Below, one piece after another: positions 29,331 to 38,791 of a DNA stretch of 64,000 bases. Numbering within the stretch: the stretch's first letter is position 1; each line of letters starts with the position of its first letter. Below the pieces are notes generated by a model. It had not been told where the DNA came from. It ran no database searches and saw nothing but the letters and a program-made list of their open reading frames with translations. This DNA comes from an uncultured Spirochaetota bacterium. GTDB taxonomy: Bacteria > Spirochaetota > Brevinematia > Brevinematales > JAOACQ01. The position numbers and the translations under genes are program-made. The stretch covers positions 1,472,001 to 1,536,000 of the forward strand of contig CAVYGN010000002.1 of assembly GCA_963768055.1 (NCBI GenBank), read 5' to 3'.

Positions 29331-30527
29331 ATGAAAATAGTTCTTGCATATTCCGGCGGGCTGGACACTTCAGTGATCCTTGCCTGGCTTAAAGAAAAAT
29401 ACGATGCCGAGATCATTGCCTTTGTGGCCGACCTGGGCCAGGTTGAAGATTTCGGGGCTGTGAGGGAAAAAGCCTTAAAAACAGGTGCGGCCAAGGTCTA
29501 TATCGAGAATTTGAAAGATGAATTTGTCGGGGGAGCCGTATTCAATGCGATTAAAGCTAACGCTGTATACGAAAACAAATACCTCCTGGGAACGGCTCTT
29601 GCCCGTCCGATCATAGCAAAAAGGCAGGTTGAAATAGCACTTAAGGAAAAAGCGGATGCCGTTTCCCATGGAGCGACAGGCAAGGGGAACGACCAGGTAC
29701 GTTTTGAAATGACATACAGGGCGCTGGCCCCCTCCCTCAGGATAATCGCACCCTGGAAAGAGGACGATTTTTTCAAAGCCAGGAACGACTTGATCGATTA
29801 CGCAAAGCTAAAAGGAATTCCCGTACTGGTGACAAAAGAAAAACCTTACAGCATGGACCCGAATCTTATGCATATTTCTTATGAGGGAGGTTTCCTCGAA
29901 GATCCTGCGAACGAATATGAACCAGCTATTCTGCAGATGGGGGTCGATCCAGGGGAAGCTCCCGACAAAGCCGAATATGTTGAAATAGGATTTCTGGATG
30001 GAATTGCGGTTTCCCTTAACGGAAAAAACTTGAAGCCTGCAGAGCTTTTAACCGGAGCGAATGCTATAGCCGGCAGGAATGGTGTAGGCCTTGTCGATCT
30101 TGTCGAAAACCGCCTTGTAGGTATAAAATCCAGGGGTGTTTACCAGACTCCGGGAGGGACTCTCCTGATGGAAGCCCACAGGGCCCTCGAGTCAATCACC
30201 CTTGAAAGGGACACAATGCACTATAAACAGCTTCTCGAGCTCAAGTATGCCGAAATGATTTACAACGGCCAATATTACCATCCCCTTCGCGAGGCGCTCG
30301 AGAAATTCTTTGATGAAACTCAGAAAAATGTATCCGGCACGGTAAAGATGAAGCTTTACAAGGGCAACTGTATCGCAGCCTCGCGCAAATCCGATAATTC
30401 CCTTTACGATATAAATCTGTCAACCTTTGAGAAGGGGGCGGACTATGACCAGAAGGATGCAAAGGGATTCATAAAACTCTTCGGGCTGCCTATGGAGGTG
30501 TATGGAAGAAAGCATTATCAAAAATGA
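29331..30527 (+). CDS. argG: Argininosuccinate synthase
   Basis: LAYSGGLDTS, YLLGTALARP, HGATGKGNDQVRFE, ENRLVGIKSRGVY. Confidence 0.97.
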   Translation: MKIVLAYSGGLDTSVILAWLKEKYDAEIIAFVADLGQVEDFGAVREKALKTGAAKVYIENLKDEFVGGAVFNAIKANAVYENKYLLGTALARPIIAKRQVEIALKEKADAVSHGATGKGNDQVRFEMTYRALAPSLRIIAPWKEDDFFKARNDLIDYAKLKGIPVLVTKEKPYSMDPNLMHISYEGGFLEDPANEYEPAILQMGVDPGEAPDKAEYVEIGFLDGIAVSLNGKNLKPAELLTGANAIAGRNGVGLVDLVENRLVGIKSRGVYQTPGGTLLMEAHRALESITLERDTMHYKQLLELKYAEMIYNGQYYHPLREALEKFFDETQKNVSGTVKMKLYKGNCIAASRKSDNSLYDINLSTFEKGADYDQKDAKGFIKLFGLPMEVYGRKHYQK

Positions 30528-30552
30528 CCGGCGAAGGTAAATTATAAGCGAC

Positions 30553-31044
30553 CTAAACTTTAAAGTGTTTATTCCATAGCCTGGTTATGTTCCTTCCTTT
30601 GAATAATTTCTTTATATAATGGATTTTTATAACGTTGTCCTGTTCGACAAGATAAGCCTCTCCGATATAAGATACCGGCGCATTATTTTCATTCAGGGTT
30701 ATGCCGAAGGTTATTTTTTTTGCCTGAAGAACTTCGTTTGTTTTATTGGTAATACTCTCGTCAGTAAGGCTGTACGCATAAAGGACATATCCGGAGCCCT
30801 TTAGGCTGATCGATGAAAGTTCATCGTCAAAATCTCCGGAAATAGCCGACATCATTCCCTCTTTATTTTCTTCAGCCTTGAATTTAAAATAGCCCGATAA
30901 GACTTCTTCATATTTATTGATGTTACGGATGTTTTGAAACATCATCCACAAGTAAAAGCCCCCTGCGGCAGCGATCGCGACTGCCAGAACGATGACGTAA
31001 ATCTTCCAGCCGCCTTTTTTAACCCCGTTTTTTTGAACAGCCAT
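30553..31044 (-). CDS. Membrane-anchored hypothetical protein
   Basis: 163-aa ORF with one N-terminal TM helix and GGGGAAGG RBS. Confidence 0.6.
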   Translation of the reverse strand: MAVQKNGVKKGGWKIYVIVLAVAIAAAGGFYLWMMFQNIRNINKYEEVLSGYFKFKAEENKEGMMSAISGDFDDELSSISLKGSGYVLYAYSLTDESITNKTNEVLQAKKITFGITLNENNAPVSYIGEAYLVEQDNVIKIHYIKKLFKGRNITRLWNKHFKV

Positions 31045-31067
31045 ACCTTCCCCCAGTATCTATTTAA

Positions 31068-31206
31068 TTAAGGGCACTTCTAAAAACCGCCTTTTCACGC
31101 CGAGCAAGTCGGCACAAGGGCGGCAAGGTAGTGCCCATAGGGCGGTTTCATTACTATTAGAATATCATTTATTAATAACACAGTTAGTTTTTGGAACCGC
31201 TCTTAA
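31068..31206. mobile_element. MITE-like repeat, copy D (no nested insert)
   Basis: TTAA-GGGCACTTCTAAAAAC ... GTTTTTGGAACCGCTC-TTAA, flanked by TTAA on both sides. Confidence 0.8.
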
Positions 31207-31236
31207 TTATATCATTAAATTTTAGAAAAATAAAGT

Positions 31237-32118
31237 TCAGGCGAATTTTTTCCTGTTCATAAACTCGTCAAAATTACCTATAATTATTATTCCTTTTTTA
31301 TATAGGATGACATTCTCATATTCTTCCTGTATGAGGCTCGTTGAACGGTCGATGGAAACCGAGACACCCCCGTAAATCGATTGCTTCGCTATTATAACCC
31401 TGTCAAGTTCATTATTCACTTTTTCGGCTTCCAGATAAGACTTTTTTTCCTCGTCAAGTTTCGATTTTTTTACAAGGAGTTCATTGTATTGCTTTACTTT
31501 CAATGCCAATTCCTGTTTTTTTTCAAGGGGAAGCGATGTCACCCTGGCTCCTATAATTCTAATTACCTCAATTATTTTCTCGAGCTGGCCGATTTGCCTG
31601 GAAAGGTCTCCATATTCTTTTTCATAATTAATTAAAAAACCGTAGAGGTCAGCCTGCCTGAAGTTTGTCAATTTTACAGATGTGACTTTTTTTTTGGGGT
31701 TTCCGATCATATTGGCTATTATTTCGAGCCCCGCTTCTATTTCTCCGCCTTCAATCCTGCCTTCGCCTTTTTCCATATGGATTGATTTTTTAGCCATAAT
31801 CCTTGAGTCAAAAACGAAATCATTTATAATGATATCCCCGTAAGCCTTTACCGAGGCGTTTTGAACATACTGGGCCTGGACGTTTTCTCCCGCAAAAACG
31901 TTGGAAGAAACACCCCTGATCCCGCCCCTTACAAATACATTGCCGTAGAGAGATTTTATTTTTGAATTAAAAGTGTCGCCTATGATTTCGATGTCCTGGT
32001 CCGAAACTATCATACAGTCGGGTTCAACATTCCCCTTTATTAGAATATTACCGTTATGCTTTATCGGAGGCGAACCGGAAGGAATGGTGCGGGAAATTTC
32101 CAGGAGATTGGAAGACAT
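31237..32118 (-). CDS. FapA/DUF342-family protein (beta-solenoid plus coiled coil)
   Basis: GNILIKGNVEP, IEIIG, VFVRGGI, GRIEGGEI and IYGGVSV repeats; downstream of fliS. Confidence 0.75.
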   Translation of the reverse strand: MSSNLLEISRTIPSGSPPIKHNGNILIKGNVEPDCMIVSDQDIEIIGDTFNSKIKSLYGNVFVRGGIRGVSSNVFAGENVQAQYVQNASVKAYGDIIINDFVFDSRIMAKKSIHMEKGEGRIEGGEIEAGLEIIANMIGNPKKKVTSVKLTNFRQADLYGFLINYEKEYGDLSRQIGQLEKIIEVIRIIGARVTSLPLEKKQELALKVKQYNELLVKKSKLDEEKKSYLEAEKVNNELDRVIIAKQSIYGGVSVSIDRSTSLIQEEYENVILYKKGIIIIGNFDEFMNRKKFA

Positions 32119-32134
32119 AACTCATTCCTTAAGT

Positions 32135-33664
32135 TTATTCGATGAGGTTGAGCAGCGTCAGGAGGCCGTTTTTTTCATCGGAACAGTCTACGCTTGAAAT
32201 TTCAGCACCTATATTGATATGGTCGGAATTAGCGAAAATTTCCCTTACTGAAAAGGTTATGGAATTTTTTAAATCGTTAATGTCATTTTCAAAGACTTCG
32301 GGCAGGATGAGGAGCACTTTGGTTGTTCCATACCGCAATGCGCTTGCCGTATTCGGCAGCAGGACCGATATCTTTTCATAGAGCGACGATAATTTCTCGG
32401 TTGCCGTAGAATCGCCGAATTTCTTTATATACTTTGAAATATTTGTAAGTTTGACCATGATAAGGTGGATGGCTACTCCGAATTTGCGGGCCTTAACGAT
32501 CTCTTTCTGTATAAGCTCCTGGACCGCCTCGAAAGGCTTAATGCTTATTTCCCTGTTTATTCCAAGCTGCTTGGTCAGAGCCAGGGGCGGCGCGATCTGG
32601 GAGGCGATTATAGAAAATAGGTTTATCAGTTCCATGTTGTCCGGATTGATGGAATAATTTTCAAAACTGAAAACAAATATGGCTCCGATTTTAGTTCCGC
32701 TTGACACTAGCGGCATGAAGAGGTAACTGTCCTCAATAACGCCGGAGTCAGGCAGCCTTGCAGGGATGTTCAATATTCCGGCGCAATTTGAAAAAAATAA
32801 ATTTTCTTCCCCTGCAATCAATTCGAGAGGACGGTTTAAAAGGTTTTCCGGCAATCCGATAACTTTTCTAACGACAGGGCCGTCGGCTTCGAAAGAAAGC
32901 AGAATAGCCCTGCGCGCGCCGAAACCTGTAGTGATAGTCTCGGTTATCAAACCCAGGACAGACTGGTAGTCGTCGCTTGAATTAATTACTTTGCTTATTT
33001 CATACAGAGAGGAAAGCTCTCCGAGTTTTTTTTCCAGAGCGCCGTAAAGCCTTGCGTTTTCTATAGCTATTCCGGATAGGGAAGCAACGGTGTAAATGAA
33101 AGAGCTTTCATCGGAGGTATATGCTCCCCCCTCTTTTTGTCCGAGAACTATGAGTCCGGTTAAATTTTCCCTATTTTTTACAGGTACAATCAGCCCTGCC
33201 CTGGTAAACTTTAATAGCTGGTATTGGTCGGGAAATTCCTGGATTTTATCAATAGATACTGTGCCGTTCAGCTTAGTTAAAAAAAGCCTGAAATCATTCC
33301 CGGATGGTATTAAATTTAGATCCTCAAACCCTTTCTTCTCTATGAGACGGGCACCTTTTTCCGATAAGGCAAATATTGCCACATCGGAAATCCTGAATTG
33401 ACCCATAATAGTGAATATTATGATCTGCATCAATTCCTGAAGATGCAATGTAGAGTTTATCTCTTTGCCGATATCTAAAAGGGTCTGCATATCGAGGAGT
33501 TTACGGTCAAGCTCCCCTTTCACGGATTTCAGGTAATCTTCTATCTTGCTTTTAAGGATTTGAATTTGCCCGGGATCACCGGAATAATTGTTGAAAATTA
33601 CTCCGATATCATCAAGTTCTTGACCCTTCTCTCTGTATCGGAGGGCCCTGTTTCTCAGACCCAT
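32135..33664 (-). CDS. Double-GAF protein with degenerate GGDEF-like C-terminus
   Basis: Two GAF domains (GIAIENARLY; LFMPLVS..KIGAI). The C-terminal domain has LRYGTTKV in place of GGDEF. Confidence 0.8.
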   Translation of the reverse strand: MGLRNRALRYREKGQELDDIGVIFNNYSGDPGQIQILKSKIEDYLKSVKGELDRKLLDMQTLLDIGKEINSTLHLQELMQIIIFTIMGQFRISDVAIFALSEKGARLIEKKGFEDLNLIPSGNDFRLFLTKLNGTVSIDKIQEFPDQYQLLKFTRAGLIVPVKNRENLTGLIVLGQKEGGAYTSDESSFIYTVASLSGIAIENARLYGALEKKLGELSSLYEISKVINSSDDYQSVLGLITETITTGFGARRAILLSFEADGPVVRKVIGLPENLLNRPLELIAGEENLFFSNCAGILNIPARLPDSGVIEDSYLFMPLVSSGTKIGAIFVFSFENYSINPDNMELINLFSIIASQIAPPLALTKQLGINREISIKPFEAVQELIQKEIVKARKFGVAIHLIMVKLTNISKYIKKFGDSTATEKLSSLYEKISVLLPNTASALRYGTTKVLLILPEVFENDINDLKNSITFSVREIFANSDHINIGAEISSVDCSDEKNGLLTLLNLIE

Positions 33665-33679
33665 TTAAGCGATTTCCCC

Positions 33680-34789
33680 TTATATCCCTAATTTGCTTAA
33701 AATTTTCACATATAGATCGTAATACTCTGATTTCGCGAATTCCTTGATTTTATCTTCCGGAAGATTTTCAAGGAGATTGTCCAGATAACCGAGGACCTTC
33801 CTGAGTTCTTCTTTGGAAGAATCGCTTAATACGTCTATTTTAGACTCTATAACCTGTTCTTTAATCTCTTTATTCTCATCACTTTCAAACATGTAAGCGC
33901 CAGGTGATATCTTTTCCGCTTCCGGCATTCCTTCTTCGATCCTGTTTAACTCGTCCAGAGAAATTTCAACATTTTCCTCTTCAATCGGCGGGAAGGATTC
34001 CTGTACTACGGGTACCTCCGGGGCTGTCGGTGTTTCATAATCAACCACATTTTCTTCGGAAATATCGATTTTATTAAGTTCATCGAGTGAAAGCGCTATC
34101 GGTTCATCCTCTTCCACTTCGGAAACATCCGGTATGGCTGATAAATCGAAATTAAAATCTGTTTCGGCAGGCTCTTCTTTAACAGGAGGCATTTCTTCTC
34201 TCTGCAGGTCTATAGGCGGAATAAAGTTTTCTTCTTTTACGGGTTGTTCCATCGCAGCCGGTATTTCCTCTTCTATCTTTGATTCTTCGATAATGGGAAT
34301 GTCGCCAATATCCGTCGGGCGGGAAGCCATTTCTTCAGTCGTAAAGCCGCTGTATATAAGCCTGTCTAGCTCGTTCCCTTCAATCGATATAATATCATCC
34401 TCCGAAGTAAATGACTGATCCAATGGAACCTTTTCATTTGACATTTCAATTGTTTCGGATGGTTCTATTGGTCCAGGCATTTCCTCCGCCATAAAAGCGG
34501 GGGCTACGGGTATTTCAGGTTCGGGAATGTTTTGAATTGAATCAAGATTAGGCATCTGCATGTTTTCGTTTTGGTCTTCCAATGGCATCTGGAGAGGTTC
34601 AAAAGATATTTCTTCTATCGGGGGGGAAATATCTTCATGCTTTCCGGTTCCCGGGGATTTCTCTTTTTCTCCAGGTACAGCATTTTCAAATTCATTCACA
34701 TCACTCAGTTCCACATCATCAAGGGTAATGGTCTCGATATTCATATCAGTAATTATATCGTCTAAAATTTCAATCTTGTCATCCGGCAT
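33680..34789 (-). CDS. Acidic low-complexity protein with helical C-terminal domain
   Basis: E/D/P/I-rich; repeated (A/S)LSLDELN; C-terminal LRKVLGYLDNLLENLPEDKIKEFAKSEYY. Confidence 0.7.
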   Translation of the reverse strand: MPDDKIEILDDIITDMNIETITLDDVELSDVNEFENAVPGEKEKSPGTGKHEDISPPIEEISFEPLQMPLEDQNENMQMPNLDSIQNIPEPEIPVAPAFMAEEMPGPIEPSETIEMSNEKVPLDQSFTSEDDIISIEGNELDRLIYSGFTTEEMASRPTDIGDIPIIEESKIEEEIPAAMEQPVKEENFIPPIDLQREEMPPVKEEPAETDFNFDLSAIPDVSEVEEDEPIALSLDELNKIDISEENVVDYETPTAPEVPVVQESFPPIEEENVEISLDELNRIEEGMPEAEKISPGAYMFESDENKEIKEQVIESKIDVLSDSSKEELRKVLGYLDNLLENLPEDKIKEFAKSEYYDLYVKILSKLGI

Positions 34790-34806
34790 AGACTGACCTC
34801 GCTTTT

Positions 34807-35217
34807 TTATCCTGATATATTCAGGCTGCTGGTTTTTAGAGGGCTATCGACATTTTTTTCTTTCTTTAACAATTCTTCCCAAGCGCCTTTCAAAGTGCTG
34901 AGAAGATGGTTTATCTCATTTATTATTTCGGAATTTTTCTCAATATTCGCCTCAAGCAGGCGCCTGTTTATATAAATATAAAGGCTGTACAGATTATGTG
35001 CTATTTCACCGGCTTCAAAATTTAGTGAAGTCATCAACTCCGAAACTATATCCTGGGCTTTAATGATATTGTTATTTGCAATATCAAGTTTTTTATTCTT
35101 AATTCCTTCCTTGGCAATATTCAGAAATTTAATAGCACCTGCATAGAGCATAACAACAAGCCTCAAACCGCTGGCAGTCTCTATTTCAACTTCACGGTAA
35201 TTTTTATATCCCTCCAT
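34807..35217 (-). CDS. fliS: Flagellin export chaperone FliS
   Basis: IETAS..RLVVMLYAGAI, IIKAQDIVSELMTSLN, LYSLY, LKGAW. Confidence 0.93.
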   Translation of the reverse strand: MEGYKNYREVEIETASGLRLVVMLYAGAIKFLNIAKEGIKNKKLDIANNNIIKAQDIVSELMTSLNFEAGEIAHNLYSLYIYINRRLLEANIEKNSEIINEINHLLSTLKGAWEELLKKEKNVDSPLKTSSLNISG

Positions 35218-35268
35218 GCAGACCCGCCTTACCAAAATTCCTATTTATAAATCGGTTACTTATATGTT

Positions 35269-35296
35269 AAATCGGCATGAAAAGAGCATTTCTTTA
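35269..35296 (-). promoter_or_regulatory. Sigma-28 (FliA/SigD)-type promoter of the fliS operon
   Basis: Minus strand TAAA-N16-GCCGATTT upstream of fliS. Confidence 0.65.
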
Positions 35297-35514
35297 AGGA
35301 CAGTTCTAAAAACCCCCGGACAAGCCGGGATAAACGCCTTTTCAATGCGGCAAGGTAGTGCTTGCGTTTATACGCAAGTATAAATGCACCTGTCCTGGGG
35401 ACTGGCACCAGTCCAGGCACCAGGGCCCATAGGGTTTATGCCCGTAGGGTACGGTTTCATTGCTATTAGAACTTCATTTATTAAAAATAACTTCATTTTT
35501 GGAACCGCCCTTAA
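35294..35514. mobile_element. MITE-like repeat, copy E (with nested 65-bp insert)
   Basis: TTAA-GGACAGTTCTAAAAAC ... TTTTTGGAACCGCCC-TTAA; internal block shared with copy C. Confidence 0.8.
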
Positions 35515-35568
35515 GTCGTTCCCTCTTTAATGGCATAATATATTATTTACGGAAAAAACTTACTAAAT

Positions 35569-36315
35569 TTATCCTTTCTTTTGAAAGGCTTCGAAAAGGT
35601 CCATTGGCAGAGGGAAAACTATAGTAGTAGCGTTTTCATTGGATATTTCTATCAATGTCTGTAAATACCTGAGCTGGATCGTTATTTTTTCCTGGCTCAT
35701 TGTCCTGGCCGCTTCGAGGAGTTTCTGAGAGGCCTGCAATTCGCCATCCGCTTTTATAATCTTGGCCCTTCTTTCCCTGTCGGCCTCTGCCTGCATGGCC
35801 ATTGCCCTTTTCATTTCCTGGGGCAGGACCACGTCCTTGACCTCGACGTTGGAAACTTTTATACCCCAGGGATCTGTTGCTAGATCAATGATCTCCTGGA
35901 GCCTTTCGTTAATCTTTTCCCTTTGAGCGAGAAGGTCGTCAAGTTCAGACTGTCCGAGCACGCTGCGGAGGGTGGTCTGAGATATCTGTGAAGTTGCGAA
36001 CATATAATCCTCAACTTCGATTATCGCTTTTTCAGGGTGGATTATTCGAAAATAAACAACAGCGTTCACGCTGATCGATACATTATCCTTGGTTATTACA
36101 TCCTGCGGGGGCACATCGAGTGTAACTGTCCTTAATCCTACCTTTACCGGGCGGTCTATGCCCGGAATGATTACGACAAGCCCCGGACCCTTGACTTTAA
36201 AGAATTTTCCGAGCCTGAAAACCACCAGCCTTTCATACTCGGTTACAATTTTCAGGACGAGAAAAAGAAGTATTATAACGAATATAGCTACGTAAACATA
36301 AGCGATATTGAACAT
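35569..36315 (-). CDS. SPFH/stomatin (slipin) family protein
   Basis: [50 protein letters not shown]. Confidence 0.93.
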   Translation of the reverse strand: MFNIAYVYVAIFVIILLFLVLKIVTEYERLVVFRLGKFFKVKGPGLVVIIPGIDRPVKVGLRTVTLDVPPQDVITKDNVSISVNAVVYFRIIHPEKAIIEVEDYMFATSQISQTTLRSVLGQSELDDLLAQREKINERLQEIIDLATDPWGIKVSNVEVKDVVLPQEMKRAMAMQAEADRERRAKIIKADGELQASQKLLEAARTMSQEKITIQLRYLQTLIEISNENATTIVFPLPMDLFEAFQKKG

Positions 36316-36487
36316 GAAAGGGCCTCCAATCGATTATTTTATTTAAATTTAAATAAATTAGCCTGCCGGCGGCAAGGCTTATTATATGTTAAATTTCCCC
36401 TTATTTAATGTCAAGGATTTTCTTTTTCGGCATCTGTGAAGCCGTAAAAACTGGTGAAGGGGTCCTCCAAAATCCCTGTTCTTTCCC

Positions 36488-36759
36488 GGCTGATTCAAAA
36501 CAATATACAATTTGGTATGAAACAAATTTTATTGCGCATAATGAAGTAAGCGCTAGAGTTGCCGTTGAAAAACGGCGAAAGCAAGCGTTTATCAAAGACC
36601 GATCATTTAATTTAGATTCATAAATATATTAAAAAATTTCTTTATTAAATAAGCATTCAATCAACGCTTGCCGCCGTTTTGAAACGCTGCAACTCTAGCT
36701 TACAAATCCAGCGTAATAAAATTTGATTTTATAAACATTGATATGTTGTTTGAACAGCC
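36488..36759 (+). other. Long imperfect inverted repeat (candidate structured ncRNA or foldback element)
   Basis: Arms ~36488-36611 and ~36644-36759 are reverse-complementary with bulges: GGCTG/CAGCC, CAAATTTTATTGCGC/GCGTAATAAAATTTG, GCTAGAGTTGC/GCAACTCTAGC, AAAACGGCG/CGCCGTTTT, GCAAGCGTT/AACGCTTGC. Confidence 0.7.
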
Positions 36760-36910
36760 CCAATGGTTAATCACTATGCAAAATTCATATTAACTGATTA
36801 ATAATTAATCATATGGTGATATATTACGCAAATTATAAATTTTATTTATAAATATATAATTTCAATTCTGTTAATTAGTTATAAATTATTAGTTCAAATA
36901 TTAAGCATGC

Positions 36911-36926
36911 TGGCATCCTATTTGCA
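36911..36926 (+). promoter_or_regulatory. Sigma-54 (-24/-12) promoter of amtB-glnK
   Basis: TGGCATCCTATTTGCA has canonical GG-N10-GC spacing; AT-rich upstream region. Confidence 0.8.
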
Positions 36927-36962
36927 TTGAGTTAATGATGTGTTAAGCGAAAAGGAGGTAAT

Positions 36963-38366
36963 ATGAAAAGATTAACACTGAAATTCTGGATAGGACTGGC
37001 CATGGTCCTTCTGCCGGCGGCCGGGCTTTTCGCGGATAACGCCAAACCCGGGCCGATCATCAATTCGGGAGATACTGCGTGGCTTTTAACATCATCGGCC
37101 CTGGTACTGCTTATGACCATCCCCGCACTGGCTCTTTTTTATGGCGGTCTCGTCAGAAAAAAGAACATTTTATCCGTCATTTATTACAGCTTTGCCTGCG
37201 CGATTGTAATCAGCATACTCTGGGTAATCTGCGAGTACAGCTTGATCTTTAATGTTTCGACTCCGCTGGAGTTCAACCCGGACGGGTCCCTGGCCAAGAA
37301 AACAACTGACGCGGCGGCGGCTGTACATGGCCTGCTGCAGTGGGTCGGCACGCTGAAATCAGCCTTTTTCAACGGGATCGGGGTTAATACCGTTAATTTT
37401 AACGGGCCGACCGTTCCTGAAAATGCTTACTCGATGTTCCAGCTCATGTTTGCAATCATAACAGTGGCTTTGATCTCGGGAGCTATAGCCGAGCGCATGA
37501 GTTTTATAGGGTGGTTCGTGTTTTTAATCCTCTGGTCTTTCCTGGTTTACACTCCGATCGCCCATTTAGTGTGGAACCCGGAAGGATTTTTGGCTCAAAA
37601 AGGAGCTCTTGATTTTGCAGGCGGCCTGGTTGTTCATGCGTCTTCCGGCGTATCGGCCTTAGTGGCATGTATTGTCCTCGGACCGAGGGCGGGATTCCGG
37701 AAAAATCCGATTTCACCCCCTGCAAACATAGGATATGTATTTATCGGGGCCGTTTTACTATGGGTCGGATGGTTCGGGTTTAACGCGGGAAGCGCTGTGG
37801 CTGCAAACGGCCTGGCTTCGAGCGCGTTCATGGTAACCCATACCGCTGCCGCAATGGCCGCCCTGACCTGGCTTATCCTTGAATGGATCATTATGAAAAA
37901 GCCAAGCGTCGTAGGCGCTTGCACCGGAGCCGTAGCCGGACTTGTCGCCATTACGCCCGCTTCAGGATTCGTTAACCTCGGCGGCGCACTTGTAATCGGA
38001 ATCGTGGTAAGCCTGATTTCCTTTACATTTATGGCTGTATTCCGTAAGATATTCAAATATGATGACGCTCTCGATGTCTTCAGTGTTCATGGGCTCGGCG
38101 GAACCTGGGGTGCTCTTGCAACCGGCATATTCGCAGTCTCAGCGGTCAATTCTGCCGGCAAAGGCCTCGTGGACGGAAATCCCGGCCAGGTATTGATACA
38201 GCTTATGTCAATAGGAATAGCCTGGGGTATCGCTGTTGCCGGGACGCTGATTTGCCTGTTCCTTACTAACCTGATCACCGGCGGCAGATTGCGCGTTACT
38301 GTAAAGGAAGAAGCTGAAGGGCTCGATATATCTCAGCACGGCGAACAAATTGAATCTGCCAATTAA
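36963..38366 (+). CDS. amtB: Ammonium transporter
   Basis: GDTAW, LALFYGGLVRKKN, FQLMFAIIT, DFAGGLVVH, GWFGFNAGS, DDALDVFSVHG. Confidence 0.97.
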   Translation: MKRLTLKFWIGLAMVLLPAAGLFADNAKPGPIINSGDTAWLLTSSALVLLMTIPALALFYGGLVRKKNILSVIYYSFACAIVISILWVICEYSLIFNVSTPLEFNPDGSLAKKTTDAAAAVHGLLQWVGTLKSAFFNGIGVNTVNFNGPTVPENAYSMFQLMFAIITVALISGAIAERMSFIGWFVFLILWSFLVYTPIAHLVWNPEGFLAQKGALDFAGGLVVHASSGVSALVACIVLGPRAGFRKNPISPPANIGYVFIGAVLLWVGWFGFNAGSAVAANGLASSAFMVTHTAAAMAALTWLILEWIIMKKPSVVGACTGAVAGLVAITPASGFVNLGGALVIGIVVSLISFTFMAVFRKIFKYDDALDVFSVHGLGGTWGALATGIFAVSAVNSAGKGLVDGNPGQVLIQLMSIGIAWGIAVAGTLICLFLTNLITGGRLRVTVKEEAEGLDISQHGEQIESAN

Positions 38367-38381
38367 AGATCGGAGGAATAT

Positions 38382-38720
38382 ATGAAAAAAATCGAAGCTA
38401 TAATAAGGCCTGATAAACTGGAAGCGGTTGTTGAAAAGCTTTCCGAACTAGGATACTCCGGTTTGAATTATACTGAAGTACAGGGCCATGGAAGACAGAA
38501 AGGTATGAAAGAGCTTTTCAGGGGAAGGGAATATGAAATTAAATTCATTCCCAAGATTAAAATAGAAATTGTCACAAATGACAATACCGCAGAGAAGATC
38601 ATTGACGCTATAGTTGAAACAGCGGCTACCGGCCAGATCGGCGACGGGAAGATCTTTATTTCTAAAATTGAAGATGTCGTCAGGGTAAGGACCAAGGAAA
38701 GGGGCGAAGTAGCCATATAA
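38382..38720 (+). CDS. glnK: P-II nitrogen regulatory protein
   Basis: MKKIEAIIRP, GHGRQKG, FRGREY (uridylylatable Tyr51 retained), TGQIGDGKIF; linked to amtB. Confidence 0.93.
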   Translation: MKKIEAIIRPDKLEAVVEKLSELGYSGLNYTEVQGHGRQKGMKELFRGREYEIKFIPKIKIEIVTNDNTAEKIIDAIVETAATGQIGDGKIFISKIEDVVRVRTKERGEVAI

Positions 38721-38738
38721 TTAAAAATAGATCATTAT

Positions 38739-38772
38739 AGCCCCGCCCCTTTAAAAGGCGGGGCTGTTTTTT
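38739..38772 (+). terminator. Rho-independent terminator after glnK
   Basis: AGCCCCGCC/GGCGGGGCT 9-bp stem followed by GTTTTTT. Confidence 0.8.
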
Positions 38773-38791
38773 CGTCCCATAGGAAGGCAGA

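Noticed and set aside
36529..36590. Resemblance to the glnA glutamine riboswitch (GAAGTAAG...GAAAGCAAGCG) upstream of amtB
   Set aside because: The P1 and P3 stems do not close properly by eye, and the site lies upstream of the sigma-54 promoter, so it would not be in that 5' UTR. A cmscan would settle it.
36401..36623. Short ORFs 36401-36595 (-) and 36408-36623 (+)
   Set aside because: No RBS or recognisable motifs; they overlap the long inverted repeat and are probably spurious.
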